Part shown: piece after piece, positions 7,078 to 8,904 of the stretch
Numbering within the stretch: position 1 is the first letter of the stretch
Layout of the letters: each line of letters opens with the position of its first letter
Source of the DNA: Octopus sinensis
Lineage: Eukaryota
Length of the DNA stretch: 8,904 nt
NCBI RefSeq assembly: GCF_006345805.1
Contig: NW_021828035.1
Location: 1-8,904, forward strand
Direction of reading: 5' to 3'
Notes under the pieces: generated by a model
What the model was told of the DNA's origin: nothing
Seen by the model: only the letters and a program-made list of their open reading frames with translations
Database searches by the model: none
Translations under genes and position numbers: made by a program

Positions 7078-7089
7078 CTATCTATCTAT
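7011..7089. repeat. (TATC)n microsatellite
   Basis: Seen directly. Confidence 0.95.
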
Positions 7090-7288
7090 CTCTTTACTCT
7101 TTTACTTGTTTCAGTCATTTGACTGTGGCTATGCTGGAGCACCGCCTTTAGTTGAGCAAATAGACCCCGGGACTTATTCTTTGTAAGCCCAGTACTTATT
7201 CTATCGGTCTCTTTTGCCGAACCGCTAAGTAATGGGGACGTAAACACACCACCATCGGTTGTCAAGCAACGCAAGGGGGAAAAACACA

Positions 7289-7321
<33 letters not shown>

Positions 7322-7525
7322 CATATATATAACGGGAAGCTTTATGAAAATAAACAAAAGACGAAGGCAGGTGGAAACATACATACATATATACGACAGG
7401 CTTCTTTCAGTTTCCGTCTACCAAATCTACCCACAAGGCATTGCCCAAGATGCCACGCAGTGGGACTGAACCCGCAACCATGTGGTTGGTTAGGAAGCTA
7501 CTTACCACACAGCCACTCCTGCGCC
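7090..7525 (-). mobile_element. tRNA-derived SINE family B, full length, with a 31-bp core deletion and a ~47-bp internal insertion
   Basis: Head GGCGCAGGAGTGGCTGTGTGG (A-box-like), B box GGTTCAGTCCC, CTTGGGCAA core start (resembles the CORE-SINE motif; octopus OR-type SINEs are known CORE-SINEs, assignment is inference), internal CA/TA repeat, tail GAAACAAGTAAAAGAGTAAAGAG. Confidence 0.92.
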
Positions 7526-7615
7526 TATATATATATATAAGCAGACAGATAGATATACATGGATATAGATAGATAGAGATAGATAGATAGATAAATAGAT
7601 GGATAGATATACATA
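7526..7615. repeat. (TA)n/(GATA)n spacer between the head-to-head SINEs
   Basis: Seen directly. Confidence 0.85.
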
Positions 7616-8024
7616 GGCACAGGGGTGGCTGTGTGGTAAGTAGCTTGCTAACCAACCACATGGTTGCGGGTTCAGTCCCACTGCGTGGCATCTTGGGCAA
7701 GTGTCTTCTGCTATAGCCCCGGGCCGACCAATGCTTTGTGAGTGGATTTGGTAGACGGAAACTGAAAGAAGCCTGTCGTATATATGTATATAAATATTTG
7801 TATGTGTGTGTGTTTGTGTGTCTGTGTTTGTTCCCCTAGCATTGCTTGACAACCGATGCTGGTGTGTTTACGTCCCCGTCACTTAGCGGTTCAGCAAAAA
7901 GAGACCGATAGAATAAGTACTGGGCTTACAAAAAGAATAAGTCCTGGGGTCGAGTTGCCCAACTAAAGTCGGTGCTCCAGCATGGCCGCAGTCAAATGAC
8001 TGAAACAAGTAAAAGAGTAAAGAG
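7616..8024 (+). mobile_element. tRNA-derived SINE family B, full length
   Basis: Inverted homologue of 7090-7525 along its length; A-box-like TGGCTGTGTGG, B box GGTTCAGTCCC, same (A/G)-rich tail. Confidence 0.93.
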
Positions 8025-8025
8025 T

Positions 8026-8489
8026 ATTAAAAAGTTTAGAAGCTCTAAAAAGATGTTTGTATTTTTTTTCTAAGACTAATAATTTATGTTAAGTTATTAA
8101 TGGTTTATATTAGTTGTTAAGGCACCATTTCCGCTAGATATTAAAAAGCTAATGTATTGTGGTACAATGATATTAATGATGAGACTAAATTCCTTGCTTA
8201 AATGCAGTAATATTGACAATAGATTAGAATACTTAGCTAAGAGGAAAGATTTATAATTTTAAAAGACCATAAACCTAATTTTCATGATAAACCTAATTTA
8301 CGTTTGTTAAACCCAGTGAGATCTGAAATTGAACAAGTAGCTAAAAAAATACTAACAAACATTAGTAATTAATTTAGAGAAATTGCTGGTCTTCAACAAT
8401 GAAATAACAGTTTTACTGCAACAGCCAGGTTTAAGAATAAGAATAAGGCTAAATTCACCCAGTTTCACAAATTTTTATTCCCCTACATA
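8026..8489 (+). pseudogene. Decayed Penelope-like element reverse transcriptase fragment
   Basis: Across frameshifts and stops: IKKFRSSKKMFVF..KTNNL, RY*KAN..YNDINDETKFLA, NIDNRLEYLAKR, FIILKDHKPNFHDKPNLRLLNPVRSEIEQVAKKILTNI, LQQ*NNS..FKNKNKAKFTQF..FY. This is colinear with the PLE RT pattern FADKTxNLY..AFITLKDHK.NF.N.P.CRLINP.KSE.G..NQWKN..WF..FDI..FYPSI as I recall it. KDHK at 8262-8273. Confidence 0.85.
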
Positions 8490-8904
8490 GTTGTAGGGGT
8501 GGCTGTGTGGTAAGTAGCTTGGACATTGTTGTAGAGCTGAAAAAGGGGTAATTTCTACTCTTCTCCTCTGGAAGCCATCTACTCGCAATGCCAGAGGGCG
8601 CACACTCTCCTACCCTGATGTAATCTCCAGGGATACAGGCATCCAGCAACAGGACCTCCGTAATGCCGTGATGGACCGTGAAGTCTGGCGTAGCATGGTA
8701 AATTCCATTGTCTCGACCACGGTCGAACAATGATGATGATGAGCTTGTTTACAAACACCATGGTTCCAGGTTCAGTCCCACTGTGTGGCACCTTGGGCGA
8801 GTGTCTTCTACTATAGCCTCGGGCTGACCAAAGCCTTGTGAGTGGATTTGGTAGACGGAAACTGAAAGAAGCCCGTTGTATATATGTATATATGTATGTA
8901 TATA
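8490..8904 (+). mobile_element. SINE family B (runs off the window), interrupted between A and B boxes by a LINE fragment
   Basis: Head 8490-8521, resumes at 8742 through GGTTCAGTCCC, CACCTTGGGCG and the core into the TA-rich repeat. Confidence 0.9.
8522..8741 (+). mobile_element. 5'-truncated RTE-type LINE 3' end (220 bp)
   Basis: TSD AGCTTG (8516-8521, 8742-8747); (TGA)n tail. Uninterrupted frame 8521-8733, GHCCRAEKGVISTLLLWKPSTRNARGRTLSYPDVISRDTGIQQQDLRNAVMDREVWRSMVNSIVSTTVEQ*, matches the GHC.R..LLW.P..RGR..DR..WR C-terminus typical of RTE-clade proteins. Confidence 0.88.

Noticed and set aside
7086-8791. ORFs over the family-B SINEs and the antisense ORFs at 8455-8791
   Set aside because: Translations of SINE sequence or the reverse strand of the RTE fragment.

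Overview
Non-coding, AT-rich animal DNA made almost entirely of nested mobile elements and microsatellites. The SINE families look like those I recall from octopus/coleoid cephalopod genomes (inference, not a database result). No intact host gene is supported, and almost all listed ORFs are artefacts of repeats. Contents in order: (1) a tRNA-derived SINE ('family A') as a head plus 3.5-unit tandem array (124-885, minus) and as a TSD-bounded 1.8-unit multimer (1621-1946, plus), all with the same AG|GT unit junction; (2) a 1.1-kb (TATG/TA)n array; (3) a full-length but dead Tc1 DD34E transposon (3859-5539; 26-bp TIRs, TA duplication, probable 5' intron); (4) a 270-bp fold-back whose arms carry a type I hammerhead ribozyme topology with a swapped G3-C8 core and a palindromic stem III, resembling a Penelope-like pseudo-LTR; (5) a MITE with a duplicated right end; (6) a head-to-head pair of a second SINE ('family B'); (7) a decayed Penelope-like reverse transcriptase fragment missed by the ORF track; (8) a third family-B SINE split by a young RTE-type LINE 3' end with a 6-bp TSD. 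Best leads are the G3-C8 hammerhead and the SINE multimers, whose junction is complementary to an internal segment of the unit.
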